DNA of 64,000 bases, taken from an uncultured Acidobacteriota bacterium. GTDB lineage: Bacteria; Acidobacteriota; UBA6911; RPQK01; JAPXNP01. The position numbers and the translations under genes were made by a program. Under the pieces are notes generated by a model. It was not told where the DNA came from, did no database searches, and saw only the letters and a list, made by a program, of their open reading frames with translations. Positions 40,288 through 51,200 of this stretch are shown here, piece after piece (within the stretch, counting starts at the first letter, position 1; the number at the start of each line of letters is the position of its first letter). The stretch lies in assembly GCA_963777605.1 (NCBI GenBank), contig CAVZRV010000007.1:896001-960000 (forward strand). The letters are read 5' to 3'.

Positions 40288-40394
40288 TGCATCATTATAA
40301 TCAGCAGAACGGCCGGAGCTCGGCTCGGGCCCTCAGATCGTCGATCCTTCGACGCCTGGCGATTCGCCTGAAAGCCCTTCTTCTGGAACAGGAA

Positions 40395-40410
40395 CGTTTC
40401 ACGTGAAACA
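40395..40410. promoter_or_regulatory. parS site CGTTTCACGTGAAACA
   Basis: 15/16 match to parS consensus, between mnmE and mnmG. Confidence 0.9.
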
Positions 40411-40417
40411 TCGTGAA

Positions 40418-41800
40418 CTATTTTCCAATGCAGAAGGTACTGAATATCCGCTCCAGGATCTCATTCGTAGTCGTCTCTCCCATGAGATCCTCAAGCGACG
40501 CCAGCCCCCTCCGAACGTCATAGCTCACAAACTCTTCACTCAGTCCCTCCTCGAGAGCCGCCTGTGCCAGTGCCAGTTCTCGCGCCGCCCGATCGAGACA
40601 GTCCTTTTGACGCAGGTTCGTTACAACCGTCCTGCCCCGTTCAGAAGCTTCCGGCGCCCCGGTAAACTCCCCAATTTTCCGCACTAAGCCTTCAAGATTC
40701 GCCCCCGTCACCGCTGACACCCGTACCGTCCCCGAACTCTCATTTACGACGGCTTCGGGAGGATGCCCTCTTTCCTCCAGATCGCTCTTGTTCACCACCA
40801 TGATGTACGGATGTCCCTCTAACGAATTCCAAACTTCCCGGTCTTCCTCCCGAAAGCCTTCGGATCCGTCCGTAACAAAAAGGACCAGGTCGCTGGCCTT
40901 GATTTCTCTTCCCGTCCGATCCACCCCCAGCATTTCCAATTGATCTCCGGATGAACGAATGCCGGCCGTATCCACAAGGCAAATAGGTACGCCATCGATC
41001 TCTATCCACTCCCTGAGAACATCTCGAGTTGTCCCAGGGATAGCGGTGACAATAGCCCGTTCATATTCCACTAAACTATTGAAAAGACTGGATTTACCGA
41101 CATTTGGACGGCCTGCGATCGCCACTGCGAGACCTTCCCGAAGCAGCCGCCCCACGTTGAAGGAAGCACTCAATTCCTCAAGAGATCGTTTCGCCCCCTC
41201 AAGGCTCTCCCGGATCACTTCACGAGAACCTGCGTCAACATCATCCTCAACAAACTCGAGCCTGGTTTCGAGGTGGCTCACTGCATCAACAAGTTTCTCT
41301 TTGATCGGGGCCACCTGCCTTGAGATGAGTCCCTCCAACTGCTCCCGAGCCACGTCAGCCTGATACCTGGTCTGGCTGGCGATCAGATCCCGGACCGCCT
41401 CGGCCTGAACCAGGTCGATCTTCCCATTGAAAAAAGCCCGCATCGTGAATTCTCCGGGCCCGGCCGGCCGCGCTCCGGCCGCCATGCAGACCCGGACAAT
41501 TTCATTTGCTATTACGGGGCTTCCGTGCGAGGAGATTTCGGCAATGTCCTCCCCGGTGTAGGAGTGCGGCTGCGGGTAGTAACTCCAGAGCACCTGATCG
41601 AGGGCTCTTCCCCACTTATCCACTACGTGTCCAAGTTGCTGGTGACGAGGTTTGGGTGGGATATTTCCCTTCCAGTTAAGTACTTGGCGCAATATCTCGA
41701 TGACACCGGGGCCGCTCACTCGAACAACAGCAAGCGCACCTCTTCCTGGAGGAGTCGCGATGGCGACAATCGTATCGTTATCGATCCCTGGGATTTTCAT
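40418..41800 (-). CDS. mnmE: tRNA modification GTPase
   Basis: DTIVAIATPPGRG, SYTGED, GRPNVGKSS, GTTRD, DTAG, FCIGK. Confidence 0.97.
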   Translation of the reverse strand: MKIPGIDNDTIVAIATPPGRGALAVVRVSGPGVIEILRQVLNWKGNIPPKPRHQQLGHVVDKWGRALDQVLWSYYPQPHSYTGEDIAEISSHGSPVIANEIVRVCMAAGARPAGPGEFTMRAFFNGKIDLVQAEAVRDLIASQTRYQADVAREQLEGLISRQVAPIKEKLVDAVSHLETRLEFVEDDVDAGSREVIRESLEGAKRSLEELSASFNVGRLLREGLAVAIAGRPNVGKSSLFNSLVEYERAIVTAIPGTTRDVLREWIEIDGVPICLVDTAGIRSSGDQLEMLGVDRTGREIKASDLVLFVTDGSEGFREEDREVWNSLEGHPYIMVVNKSDLEERGHPPEAVVNESSGTVRVSAVTGANLEGLVRKIGEFTGAPEASERGRTVVTNLRQKDCLDRAARELALAQAALEEGLSEEFVSYDVRRGLASLEDLMGETTTNEILERIFSTFCIGK

Positions 41801-41807
41801 GAACAGG

Positions 41808-42293
41808 CTAGGCCGGCACAATCTGCACTCGCCGGTAACGCCCCGAACCTTCGCTCTCGGTTCGCACATCAGGCTCGTCGGCCAAGGCGAGGTGGATGAT
41901 TCGACGCTCCCCGGAAGGCATCGGCTGCAGAATCACCTTACTTCCCGATACCCGGACCTTTTCCGCTGCCTTCTCCGCCAGCAACTCCAACTCGGCAACG
42001 CGCTCATTGCGGTAGTTCCCGCAATCCACGAGAAAGCTGTATTCGCGTCCGGCCTGCCGGTAAAAGACCTGGTTCACGAGGTGGTTGATCGCATACAGGA
42101 GACGGGCGTTGTCCGCTAACAACAGGGACTCATCCTCGCCGCTCAACTCAATCGCGATCAACCTGCCTTCAATCTCTGAGTCTACATCCAGATCCAGTCC
42201 ACTGAGCTCTATAAGCTCGCGGACAAACCCTTCAGTCCGTTCCAAAAGAACCTGCGCTTCCGCTTTCTCCATCCCCTGAGTCACTCCACTCAC
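41808..42293 (-). CDS. Jag/KhpB-like R3H-domain RNA-binding protein
   Basis: PMPSGERRIIH, TESEGSG..RRV; canonical position after yidC. Confidence 0.85.
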   Translation of the reverse strand: MSGVTQGMEKAEAQVLLERTEGFVRELIELSGLDLDVDSEIEGRLIAIELSGEDESLLLADNARLLYAINHLVNQVFYRQAGREYSFLVDCGNYRNERVAELELLAEKAAEKVRVSGSKVILQPMPSGERRIIHLALADEPDVRTESEGSGRYRRVQIVPA

Positions 42294-44002
42294 TCTTTGC
42301 TCCGACGCGAACCTCCCGTGCGCGCAACCAATTCCGGCTTCAGGCGCTGTATCCCGAACTGCAACATCATAGCAAAGAGGTTACTGAACAAGAAGTAAAT
42401 GGCCAGGCCGCTCGACACGTTCAGAAAGAAGAACGTAAACACTATCGGCAAAAACATCATCATCCGGCGTTGCGTCGGATCACCGGTTGCCGGCGTCATC
42501 CGTTGCTGTGCCACCATTGTCAAACCCATCACGATCGGAGTCACATAGTACGGATCATGCTGGGAAAGGTCATGGATCCAGAACATGAAAGGAGCTCCCC
42601 TCAGCTCAATCGAGGCATCCAGCATGCGATAAAAAGCAAAAAGTATCGGCATCTGCAGCACCAGCGGAAGACATCCCCCAAGCGGGTTCACCCCGTGCTC
42701 CTTGTAGAGGGCCATGACCTCGCTGTTCATCTGCTGACGTCGCGGATCGTCCCGCTTCATCCGTTTGTACTTGTCCTGAATCGACTTCAGCTTCGGCTGA
42801 ATTGCTGACATCTTCTGCATTGAAGCCATCTGCTTGTACCGAATTGGGAAAAGCGCCAGGTTGATGAAGAAAGTCAGCAGGATAATGGACCATCCATAGT
42901 TCCCGACAAACGAATGGATCCACTTCAAAGCCGCCAGGAGCGGCCGAACCAGAATCCCGAACCAGCCGTAATTGATCAGAGAGGAACTAGTCGACTGGAA
43001 CGCTTCCAGGATCTCGTGGTCCTTCGGCCCCACGAAGAAACGGACATCCCCGGGTGTTTCGATGGTCAGCGAAGCCGTCACCAGGCCGACCACTTCCGGT
43101 TCCGTTTCCGGTTTCTCACTCGGGTAATCATACGTCCTGCGGTCCATCCTCAACCCGTCTACAGTGTCACCGTCCGCCAGGATGAACGTGAAGAACTTGC
43201 TGTCCAGGGCTGCCCACTGGGGTTTGATGTCGAGTTGCACGCTCCCGTCTTCGAGGTTCTTCTCCGCATACCGCGTCACTGAACCATTCGAATAATAGGC
43301 AATCTCCGGGTACTGAAAATCCTTGCTCGCCCGGGAAACCAGTTCACCAATCCCGGTCCCCAGCACCACTCCGATCGGGATCGACCTGCCGTCACTCCGG
43401 ACATCCACCGAGACGTTCAGCTCGTAGCCCTTGGCAGGAATCTCAATCGACTTCTCGACCTGCAAGGAACCTCTCCGGTAGGAAAACACGATACGGGTCG
43501 GGGCAATAACCCGATCTCCGGGATCGCCCTGAACCGAGAAGACCGCGTTGTTCAGTTCTTTCCGAAGGGCGTCGTCGGAACTGTAAAGACTCAGCGGCCG
43601 CAGGTAGTCCGACGGCGGGGTTTGTGGGACCAGTTCGAGACCTTCTTCATCGCGGCCGACATACTTCAGCAAGTGTGCTCCCACCAGACGTCCCCCGACA
43701 TTGCTGAACCGCAAAGCAAGCGAGTCGTTTTCGACCAGGATCTCTCTAGCGTCGGCGACTGTCTCGGGCATCTCCCCCATTCCCTCGGATGCAGCCACCG
43801 CCGGGGGCTTCTCAACCGGTTCTACGGGGGGCTTCTCGGGACTCTCACCTTGCTGGCTGACTTCAGTAGCAGCCGCTGGCGGGGCGGGTGGGCTTGGAAA
43901 GAACCGCTCGTACAAGTACGGAGCTCCAAACAGAATCGCCATCGACAGAAGAATCGCCAAAAGTAATCTTCGTTCGATCTCTACATCTTCCTGGCTTTTC
44001 AT
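42290..44002 (-). CDS. yidC: Membrane protein insertase YidC
   Basis: NYGWSIILLT, GVNPLGGCLP, WIHDLS.HDPYY. Confidence 0.96.
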   Translation of the reverse strand: MKSQEDVEIERRLLLAILLSMAILFGAPYLYERFFPSPPAPPAAATEVSQQGESPEKPPVEPVEKPPAVAASEGMGEMPETVADAREILVENDSLALRFSNVGGRLVGAHLLKYVGRDEEGLELVPQTPPSDYLRPLSLYSSDDALRKELNNAVFSVQGDPGDRVIAPTRIVFSYRRGSLQVEKSIEIPAKGYELNVSVDVRSDGRSIPIGVVLGTGIGELVSRASKDFQYPEIAYYSNGSVTRYAEKNLEDGSVQLDIKPQWAALDSKFFTFILADGDTVDGLRMDRRTYDYPSEKPETEPEVVGLVTASLTIETPGDVRFFVGPKDHEILEAFQSTSSSLINYGWFGILVRPLLAALKWIHSFVGNYGWSIILLTFFINLALFPIRYKQMASMQKMSAIQPKLKSIQDKYKRMKRDDPRRQQMNSEVMALYKEHGVNPLGGCLPLVLQMPILFAFYRMLDASIELRGAPFMFWIHDLSQHDPYYVTPIVMGLTMVAQQRMTPATGDPTQRRMMMFLPIVFTFFFLNVSSGLAIYFLFSNLFAMMLQFGIQRLKPELVARTGGSRRSKE

Positions 44003-44022
44003 AAGCTGTCGATCTCGCTCTC

Positions 44023-44244
44023 TTAAGGCACCGGATCGTTACCGCCGGGATTCCACGGATGACACCGCAGCAAACGCTTCAATCCCAGCCATCCCCCGGC
44101 CAGGAGGCCATATTTTGTGATCGCCTGGTACATGTATTCGGAACAGGTCGGATGAAACCGACACGCAGGAGGAAGAAACGGTGAGACAAACCGCTGGTAG
44201 CCACGAATCGAAAGGGCCACCGCCCTTACCAACCACCGTCCCAT
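44023..44244 (-). CDS. yidD: Membrane protein insertion efficiency factor (alternative start 44259)
   Basis: [30 protein letters not shown]. Confidence 0.93.
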   Translation of the reverse strand: MGRWLVRAVALSIRGYQRFVSPFLPPACRFHPTCSEYMYQAITKYGLLAGGWLGLKRLLRCHPWNPGGNDPVP

Positions 44245-44594
44245 TTTTCGTTCCACCACGTGGTCGCTTTGAGATACTCCTCCTCGAGCAACTGATATGA
44301 GGCGAGACTCGCCGAGCGACGTGCATTGATGACGATATCACAGGGTGGGACAAGTTGATTTTTGTGCAAACGGAAGATCTCCCTGAGTCTCCGCTTGATC
44401 CGATTGCGGACAACTGTCTTTCCGATCTTCCTGGAAACCGTTAAACCCAAACGGTTGATTGGTAAACCGTTGCGAAGGAAATAGCTGAAGAAAACCCGTC
44501 CGGCCAGTTTCTCTCCCTTTTCGTACACTTCGAGGAACTCTCTCCGCTTGCGAAGACGTTCCCCTTTCCGAAACCGGACATCCTCCCTAACCAC
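44226..44594 (-). CDS. rnpA: Ribonuclease P protein component
   Basis: [28 protein letters not shown] motif. Confidence 0.95.
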   Translation of the reverse strand: MVREDVRFRKGERLRKRREFLEVYEKGEKLAGRVFFSYFLRNGLPINRLGLTVSRKIGKTVVRNRIKRRLREIFRLHKNQLVPPCDIVINARRSASLASYQLLEEEYLKATTWWNEKWDGGW

Positions 44595-44727
44595 TCACCG
44601 AAAGCCTTTTCCGTCCCCGGGCACGCCGCCGTTTGATCACAGCCTGTCCAGACTTTGACTGCATCCTCGTTCGAAAACCATGCGTTTTCCGCCGGCGTCT
44701 ATTGTTCGGTTGAAAAGTCCTCTTCAT
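44587..44727 (-). CDS. rpmH: 50S ribosomal protein L34 (46 aa, absent from ORF track)
   Basis: Manual translation [46 protein letters not shown]. Confidence 0.97.
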   Translation of the reverse strand: MKRTFQPNNRRRRKTHGFRTRMQSKSGQAVIKRRRARGRKRLSVSG

Positions 44728-44784
44728 GATCTTTCCTCAAGGTGATCGTAAAGCGAGAGATACTAGCAGTTTTCAAAATTTCGA

Positions 44785-45819
44785 TCAACTCTGCTCGGGC
44801 TCGCCGCAGTCAGCCGGCCAGACCCGCATTTGTACCTCTCGCGTCCTCTCCACGTTCTCTTCGTACCCCAGATCTTCCCGCTCCTGGAACTCCCCGGGGC
44901 GAAACCAGGTCTTCTGATACATCGGGTGGGCTTCCGACCGCAGGTGGAGCAGCATTTGATGCGCAGAGCGAACCGCTCGCTCCTTCCTCAGCAATGTTAC
45001 ATCCACCGGGCCAACGGTAATCTTCTCGCCGTCTCCGGGGGTTGCCTGAGCCACGATTCGCCCATCGTAATCAACTATCATGCTCCCACCCGGCCATGAG
45101 AACGGCGGATAGTGTCCCAGGCTCGCAGCCTGGTTGGCGGCTACCACATAAGCGGTGTTCTCGAGTGCCCGACAGCGATTGACCACCGTCCACCAGTCAT
45201 TCGGCGACGTCGCCCCAAAGGGATCCATATAGGCGGAAACTCTCAACAAAACCTCAGCCCCGTTGGCGCTCAACTGGCGAAGGGTCTCAGGAAAAAGCCA
45301 GTCATAACAGATCGCAGTCCCCAGCTTCCCTATCTCGGTATCAGCAACCGGAAACAGCGGTTCCTCGTAGTCCGCTATGTCATGCGGACTCGTGTGAACC
45401 TCCCACGGCAACCACGGGTAGACTTTCCGATACTTGTACAGAATTCCTTCGGGGCCCACCAGGCAAGCCGTGTTGAAAAGGGCGTTCGGGTACTTCCTGT
45501 CAACCTCGAGCATGGAGCCCATCTGAACAAAAACTCCCAACTCCCTGGCCTTCTTCGCCACCTGCTCAGTGTGCTCATTTGGTATTTCCACTCCCAGTTT
45601 CTGGCGAAGAACCTTCAATGAATCGTAGGCCGGGGCCGCGTGCGAGAATTCCGGGAACACCACCAGTTTCAGGGGAAGGAACGGCTTGTACCCAACTACT
45701 GCCAACTCGATCAGCTCGACGATCCGGGCGGTGTTCTTCTTCATGTCACGCCGGGAGAGAGGATTCGAAAAATCAGTCTGGATCGCAGCCGCGTTGTACT
45801 GCAGATGGTTTTCTTTCAT
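44785..45819 (-). CDS. Nitrilase-superfamily carbon-nitrogen hydrolase
   Basis: Glu-Lys-Cys triad motifs VFPEF, YRKV, ICYDWLFPE; RALEN. Confidence 0.9.
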   Translation of the reverse strand: MKENHLQYNAAAIQTDFSNPLSRRDMKKNTARIVELIELAVVGYKPFLPLKLVVFPEFSHAAPAYDSLKVLRQKLGVEIPNEHTEQVAKKARELGVFVQMGSMLEVDRKYPNALFNTACLVGPEGILYKYRKVYPWLPWEVHTSPHDIADYEEPLFPVADTEIGKLGTAICYDWLFPETLRQLSANGAEVLLRVSAYMDPFGATSPNDWWTVVNRCRALENTAYVVAANQAASLGHYPPFSWPGGSMIVDYDGRIVAQATPGDGEKITVGPVDVTLLRKERAVRSAHQMLLHLRSEAHPMYQKTWFRPGEFQEREDLGYEENVERTREVQMRVWPADCGEPEQS

Positions 45820-45887
45820 CGCCTTACCGTCTCTTTCCTTACCGAGGGGAGGATTCTCCATCCATTGGAGCTTCGCCGCGGAGCCGA

Positions 45888-46748
45888 CTAGAGCCCCCGT
45901 TTCACGATACTCTCATCGCGGGGGTAACAACCGAGGACCTCAACAAAATCGGTAATTTCACGCAGGTGGTTCAGCGCGTTGACCACTCGTTCCTCTTCAA
46001 GACTACCCATGAAGTCCACATAGAAAAGATAGTCCCACGGCCTACCCTGCTGGGGCCGCGATTCGATCTTTGACAAGTCGATATCCCTCAGAGCAAATAC
46101 GCTGAGCGACTTGAAAAGAGCCCCGGCAACGTTCCTCAGGCTGAAAACAATCGAAGTCTTGTTCCCTTTTCCCTGCCTCTGGTCCCTTGAAAGGTGGACG
46201 AACCGGGTGAAATTCTCTTCGCTGTCCTGAATTCCCTTCATCAGGACCTCCCCGCCGAAAATCTCGCCGGCCCGACGACCCGCTATCGCCCCGACCGATC
46301 TCAGATTCCGCTCGAACAACTCCCGGACACTCCCGGAGGTGTCGTAGGACGGCTCCATCTTCAAATGGGGATGCTTCTCAAAGAACCGTTCGCACTGACC
46401 CAAGGCAACCGGATGAGAAATGATCGTGGTCAAATCCTCGAACTTCACCCCAGGCAGGACAAACAGGTTGTGCACGATCGGAAGGTACAGTTCCCGGCAG
46501 ATTCTCAGCTTGTGGCGACGCAAAAGATCGTAGTTCCGATGGATCGAACCGGTCAGGGAGTTCTCCAGTGGAACAACACAGGCATCCAACTCGGTTTCGG
46601 CAGCCCGAAACACTTCCTCGAAATGGCGGAAACTGACAATCTCAATCCCCGAGCCAAGAAGTCGTGATGCCGCTTCCTCACTGAACGATCCAAGTTCGCC
46701 CTGGATACCAACCGTCCCAACGAAACCTTTCTCCGTCATTTCTTCCAT
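45888..46748 (-). CDS. pheA: Prephenate dehydratase
   Basis: QGELGSFSEEA, PLENS, SHPVALGQC, NFTRF, LSKIESRP ACT domain. Confidence 0.93.
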   Translation of the reverse strand: MEEMTEKGFVGTVGIQGELGSFSEEAASRLLGSGIEIVSFRHFEEVFRAAETELDACVVPLENSLTGSIHRNYDLLRRHKLRICRELYLPIVHNLFVLPGVKFEDLTTIISHPVALGQCERFFEKHPHLKMEPSYDTSGSVRELFERNLRSVGAIAGRRAGEIFGGEVLMKGIQDSEENFTRFVHLSRDQRQGKGNKTSIVFSLRNVAGALFKSLSVFALRDIDLSKIESRPQQGRPWDYLFYVDFMGSLEEERVVNALNHLREITDFVEVLGCYPRDESIVKRGL

Positions 46749-46797
46749 GCCTCCTGCAGAAATCCGATCTCGCTGAGAGTTTCTTCGGAGAAATTTG

Positions 46798-46896
46798 TGG
46801 CGGAGGTACATGGGAATCGAACCCACCAACCACTGTTCGCACAGCAGTCCGACTGGTTTTGAAGACCAGGCCCGTCACCAGACGAGAAGTACCTCC
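46798..46896 (-). tRNA. selC: tRNA-Sec (anticodon UCA)
   Basis: 8-bp acceptor GGAGGUAC/GUACCUCC, anticodon loop CUUCAAA, long variable arm, GGUUCGAUU T-loop, encoded CCA; TGaTATAAT upstream. Confidence 0.93.
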
Positions 46897-46964
46897 GCAG
46901 CGGATTATATCACCCGCATTTCAAGCGGATTTCCGAGGGATTTCATCGCTCTGGTGGGGGTCCT

Positions 46965-47245
46965 GACTTAATTCTCCTTCTAGAATTGTTTCTTTATATC
47001 GTAGTAGTAGATAGTAGTGCCGGTGGATTTCTGAATTCCCGTACAACTTGTTCTGTAAAGGTCTGTTAGAGGGAACAGCCGAAGGTGGAAAAGTCTCTGG
47101 AGGCCATCTTGCCGGCCGGTGGAAAAAGACTCCTCTGCAGTTTTCCACTTTCCATCCTGACGCGTATCTGTGGATTGTGTGGAGGAAGACGCAGATCAGG
47201 AGCAGGCACCAGGAATTGCGCCAGAGGCACGCCTGTGGAAAGGCG
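46965..47245. other. Probable replication origin oriC
   Basis: AT-rich tract, TAG trinucleotide run 47002-47017 (DnaA-trios), GC spacer, then DnaA-box-like 9-mers at 47022, 47084, 47118, 47141, 47169, 47178, 47234; gene orientation switches here; parS, mnmG and rpmH nearby. Confidence 0.78.
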
Positions 47246-47308
47246 ACAGGCTGGTGAGGCGGATTTCTGGCCTGTCTTCCCAATGCTTCGCTATACTCGA
47301 AAGTTCGC

Positions 47309-48202
47309 ATGAGAGTCATCGTGAACGCGACGGCGGGAAAGGGAACCGCCCGGCGCCTCCTTCCCGAGGTCCGGGGTCTCCTCGACCGTGAGTTTCCCGG
47401 GTATGAGTTGGCGACAACCGAAGGTCCCGGTCACGCAGAGGTGCTTGCCCGAGAGAGCGCCGCGCGCGGAGAGTCCCTTGTAATTGCCATGGGAGGGGAC
47501 GGAACCCTATCGGAGGTAGTCAATGGACTCGCGGGTTCAAAAACCGCCCTGGTGATCGTACCCGTTGGCACGGGGAATGATGTAGCCCGCACGTTGAAAA
47601 TCCCGGTCAACCGCCCGGTTGAGGCCCTAAAGGTAATTAGTAACGGCGCTCCCCGTTCCATCGATCTGGGCTGGGATGGTTCTCGTTACTTCGTTTCACT
47701 GCTCGGTGTGGGCTTCCCCGCTGTCGTCGCAGCCGAGGCGAATCGGCAACATCACTTTGGTGGCACCCTCGCATTCAGCTTCTCCGTTTATCGCAGAATT
47801 TCCGAGATGCGGCCTGCCAGGGTAGAAATCGTGATTGACGGAAACAGGGTTGAATTGGAATGTACTTCGATCTTGGTCCAGAATACCCCTTTCACGGGAG
47901 GTGGCCTGCGGGTGGCTCCCCACGCCAGGGTGGATGATGGTCTGTTGGACGTGGTGGTTGTGGACAATATCGGTAAGATGAATCTTCTGTGGAACTTCCC
48001 ACGGTTATACAGGGGAACGCACGTGGCCAATCCGCATTTCCATATGTTTCGTTGTCGCGACCTTGAACTCGCAACAGAACCCCCAATGGCCATGACGCTC
48101 GATGGTGATCCCTATGGTGTTTCCCCGGTGCGCGTGCAAGTCGTTCCTGCTGCCGTGACTGTGCTTGTTCAAAGGGAAAAAGAGGTGAGGCGTGAGAATT
48201 AG
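47309..48202 (+). CDS. Diacylglycerol-kinase-family lipid kinase (YegS/BmrU-like)
   Basis: VNATAG, GGDGTLSEVVNG, PVGTGND, DDGLLDV, LDGD. Confidence 0.92.
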   Translation: MRVIVNATAGKGTARRLLPEVRGLLDREFPGYELATTEGPGHAEVLARESAARGESLVIAMGGDGTLSEVVNGLAGSKTALVIVPVGTGNDVARTLKIPVNRPVEALKVISNGAPRSIDLGWDGSRYFVSLLGVGFPAVVAAEANRQHHFGGTLAFSFSVYRRISEMRPARVEIVIDGNRVELECTSILVQNTPFTGGGLRVAPHARVDDGLLDVVVVDNIGKMNLLWNFPRLYRGTHVANPHFHMFRCRDLELATEPPMAMTLDGDPYGVSPVRVQVVPAAVTVLVQREKEVRREN

Positions 48203-51200
48203 GGAGTACCTCAGTGGGAAGACATTGTTCATCACAGGTGCGACCGGATTTCTAGGCCAGCCCTTCGTCGAAAAGATCCTCTGGACAACCCCGAACGTTG
48301 AGCGCATCTATGTTCTCATCCGCCCGAAACATCATTTTGGGGGCCGGGTTTTGACTGCGCAGGAGAGGCTGGAGAAAGAACTCTACAATTCGAGTGTTTT
48401 CGAGCGTCTCCAGATGCGCTTGCAAGACCGCTTTCAGGATTTCCTGAAGGAAAAACTGATCGCCGTCTCCGGCGACATCGCCCGTCCCAACCTCGGCCTG
48501 AGTGAAAAGGACCAGGCCCGACTCCGATCCCAAGTCGATATTGTCGTCAATAGTGCAGCCGTCGTCTCCTTCGATGCTCCCATTGACCAGTCTCTTGAGC
48601 TCAACGTCTTCGGGGCCAGGCGCGTCGCGGCTTTCGCGGTCAGCTGTGAGAAGGCTGTCCTGATGCACGTCTCAACCGCGTACGTCTGTGGTGCCGCAAC
48701 CGGCTCCGTACCCGAAACCCTCCACCACGCGGCGCGTCCGGATGTCCAACATGAGCCGTTTCCAACCCGGGCTTTCACCGATCCGGAAGCCGATATCCAG
48801 GCGATTCGAGACCTGGTTGAACGCGTTCGACAAGAAGCCGAGGCTCCCGAGCTCCGTCGGAAGTTTGCCTCCGAGTTTCTCCGCACCAAGTCGAAAGGAC
48901 GGCGCCGGGTGCGTCGAGACACTGAAATAGCAAGTCTCCGAAAGCGCTGGCTGGCCAACCGCCTGGCTGAAGAAGGTATGAAGTGGGCCCGACAACGGGG
49001 TTGGAACGACACCTATACCTACACCAAGGCACTCGGCGAGCAGATGGTTTCCCGGCTTCGGGACCAGATTTCGATGGCGATTGTCCGCCCGTCGGTGATC
49101 GAAAGCAGCCTTTCGGAACCAGCGCCCGGCTGGCTTGACGGCCTGCGGATGGCGGATCCTCTGATCGTCGCGATTGGCAAAGGCCGCTTGCGCTCTCTGC
49201 CCCTCGACCCTGACGTAGCCTTAGACCTGGTTCCGGCCGACATGGTTGTCAACACCATGCTGGCAATGCTGCCCAGACTTGAGCAACCTAGTGATGAACT
49301 CCGCATCCTGCAGGTTGCCACGAGTTCAACCAATCCAATCACGCTACGTTCACTCTACGAGCTCATTTTTGAGTACTTTCGCGGCAATCCCATGCTCGAC
49401 AAGACCGGGAACCCGATTGTCCTGAAGCCCCTGCGGTTCCCTAGTCCGACGGCTTTCCGCATCCAGCATCATTTAAAAGCGGTTCCGCTCGGCACGGCGG
49501 AAAAAACCCTGGAACACCTTCCGGCGATGGACGTTACCCAAAAGGCGAAACGCCGAGTCTCGGCCACTCGCGCCGCCTACGAGAAGCTTTACTATTACGG
49601 GGAACTCTACGAACCCTACCTCAACCTGAACTGTGAATTTTCGGTGAAAAACACCCTCAGGCTGTTCGAGGAACTATCCGCCGACGAGCAAAAGGAGTTC
49701 AATTTCGATGTTGGGGCCCTGAACTGGAGACACTACATTCAGAACGTCCACATCCCTGGTGTGAAGAAGCACATCCTGAAGCTGGAGGGATCCGGGGCTT
49801 TTGAGTTGCCCGACGAAGAGCGCAGCGGAGCTATGCCCCGGACTATCCGGGAACTCCTCGAGCAAACCGCCAACCGCCTTCCCGAGAAGGTTGCACTCCA
49901 GGTCAAACGGAAGGATCAGTGGGTCCGATTCAGCTTCCGCGATATCTATCAGCGCGCGTGTGAAGTCGCGGGCCGGCTCCACGCAGCGGGCCTGCGCAAG
50001 GGTGACCGGGTTGTGCTTTTCTCGGAGAACCAGCCGGAGTGGGGAATCTCTTACCTGGGAGCTTCCTTCCTCGGCTTAATCGTTGTCCCCCTTGATTCCC
50101 AGACTTGGCATCGCGAGGTCTGGTCGGTTGCCGAGTTTACCGAAGCAAAGGCTCTCCTTATCTCTCGAAAGTGCCTGGAACGTCTTACCAAGGAAGAGCT
50201 CAAAGAAAACGAGACCGCAAGGAACCCTCGATTTCTCTTTAGTGTTGACAACCTTTGCGCGCCGCTCGGTCTCAAGGAATATCCGAACAGTTCCAACCCC
50301 AAAGTGGAACGGGTGAGCGATTCTTCGGTCCTTCCAGAACTGGACACCAACGATCCCGTTTCAATCATTTTCACAACCGGAACCGCCGTCGACCCCAAGG
50401 GAGCGGTTCACACCCACCGCTCCTTCCTCAACAACCTCCAGGGGGTCAACCACTACCTTTCGGTCGGGGAAAACGATCGCTTGCTCTCGGTCCTGCCTCT
50501 CTACCATGCCTTGGAGTTCTCTTGTGGCTTTCTGATGCCGCTGCATCGCGGGGCCAGTGTCACTTACGTCCACTCCCTGAAGCCCCGCGTTATCCTGGAG
50601 ACCATGCGGGAGACGAAGACGACCTGCATGCTCGGGGTGCCGACCTTGTACGCCCTGATCCGGGAGGACATCGAGCGAAGAATCCTGAGGACCTCCAAGT
50701 CTCCGCTCAAACAGAACGTGATGAGGACCTCGAAGCGACTCAGCGAGTCGGTAGAGGAGCGATTCGGTCACAACATCGGCCGGAGACTCTTTGCGCGAGT
50801 GCATGAGGAGTTTGGAGGACACATCCGCGTGTTCGTGAGTGGGGGTTCAGCCCTTGGCCGGAGCCTTTATCGTGACTTTAGATCGATGGGGCTTCCAATC
50901 TACGAGGGTTACGGTTTGACCGAAACTGCTCCAGTGCTCACAGTCAACCCGCTCCACAGGAGCCGCGAAGGTTCCGCCGGCAGGCCACTGCCGGGAGTCG
51001 AATTGCGACTTTTCCGACCGGATCGGGACGGCATTGGAGAGATTATCGTCCGGACTCCGAGCATCATGGAGAAATACTTCAAAAACCCGGAAGCCACCGA
51101 AGCGGTCTTTCGCGACGGGTGGTTCCACACGGGAGATCTTGGTTGGGTCGATGCGGACGGCTTCGTCTACATAACCGGACGGTGCAAGGACGTGATAGTG

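Noticed and set aside
45899-45914. Third parS site (GTTTCACG half-site at pheA end)
   Set aside because: Only one half matches; not palindromic
46749-46829. N-terminal extension of pheA in the ORF track
   Set aside because: Overlaps tRNA-Sec; a GGAGG RBS supports the start at 46748
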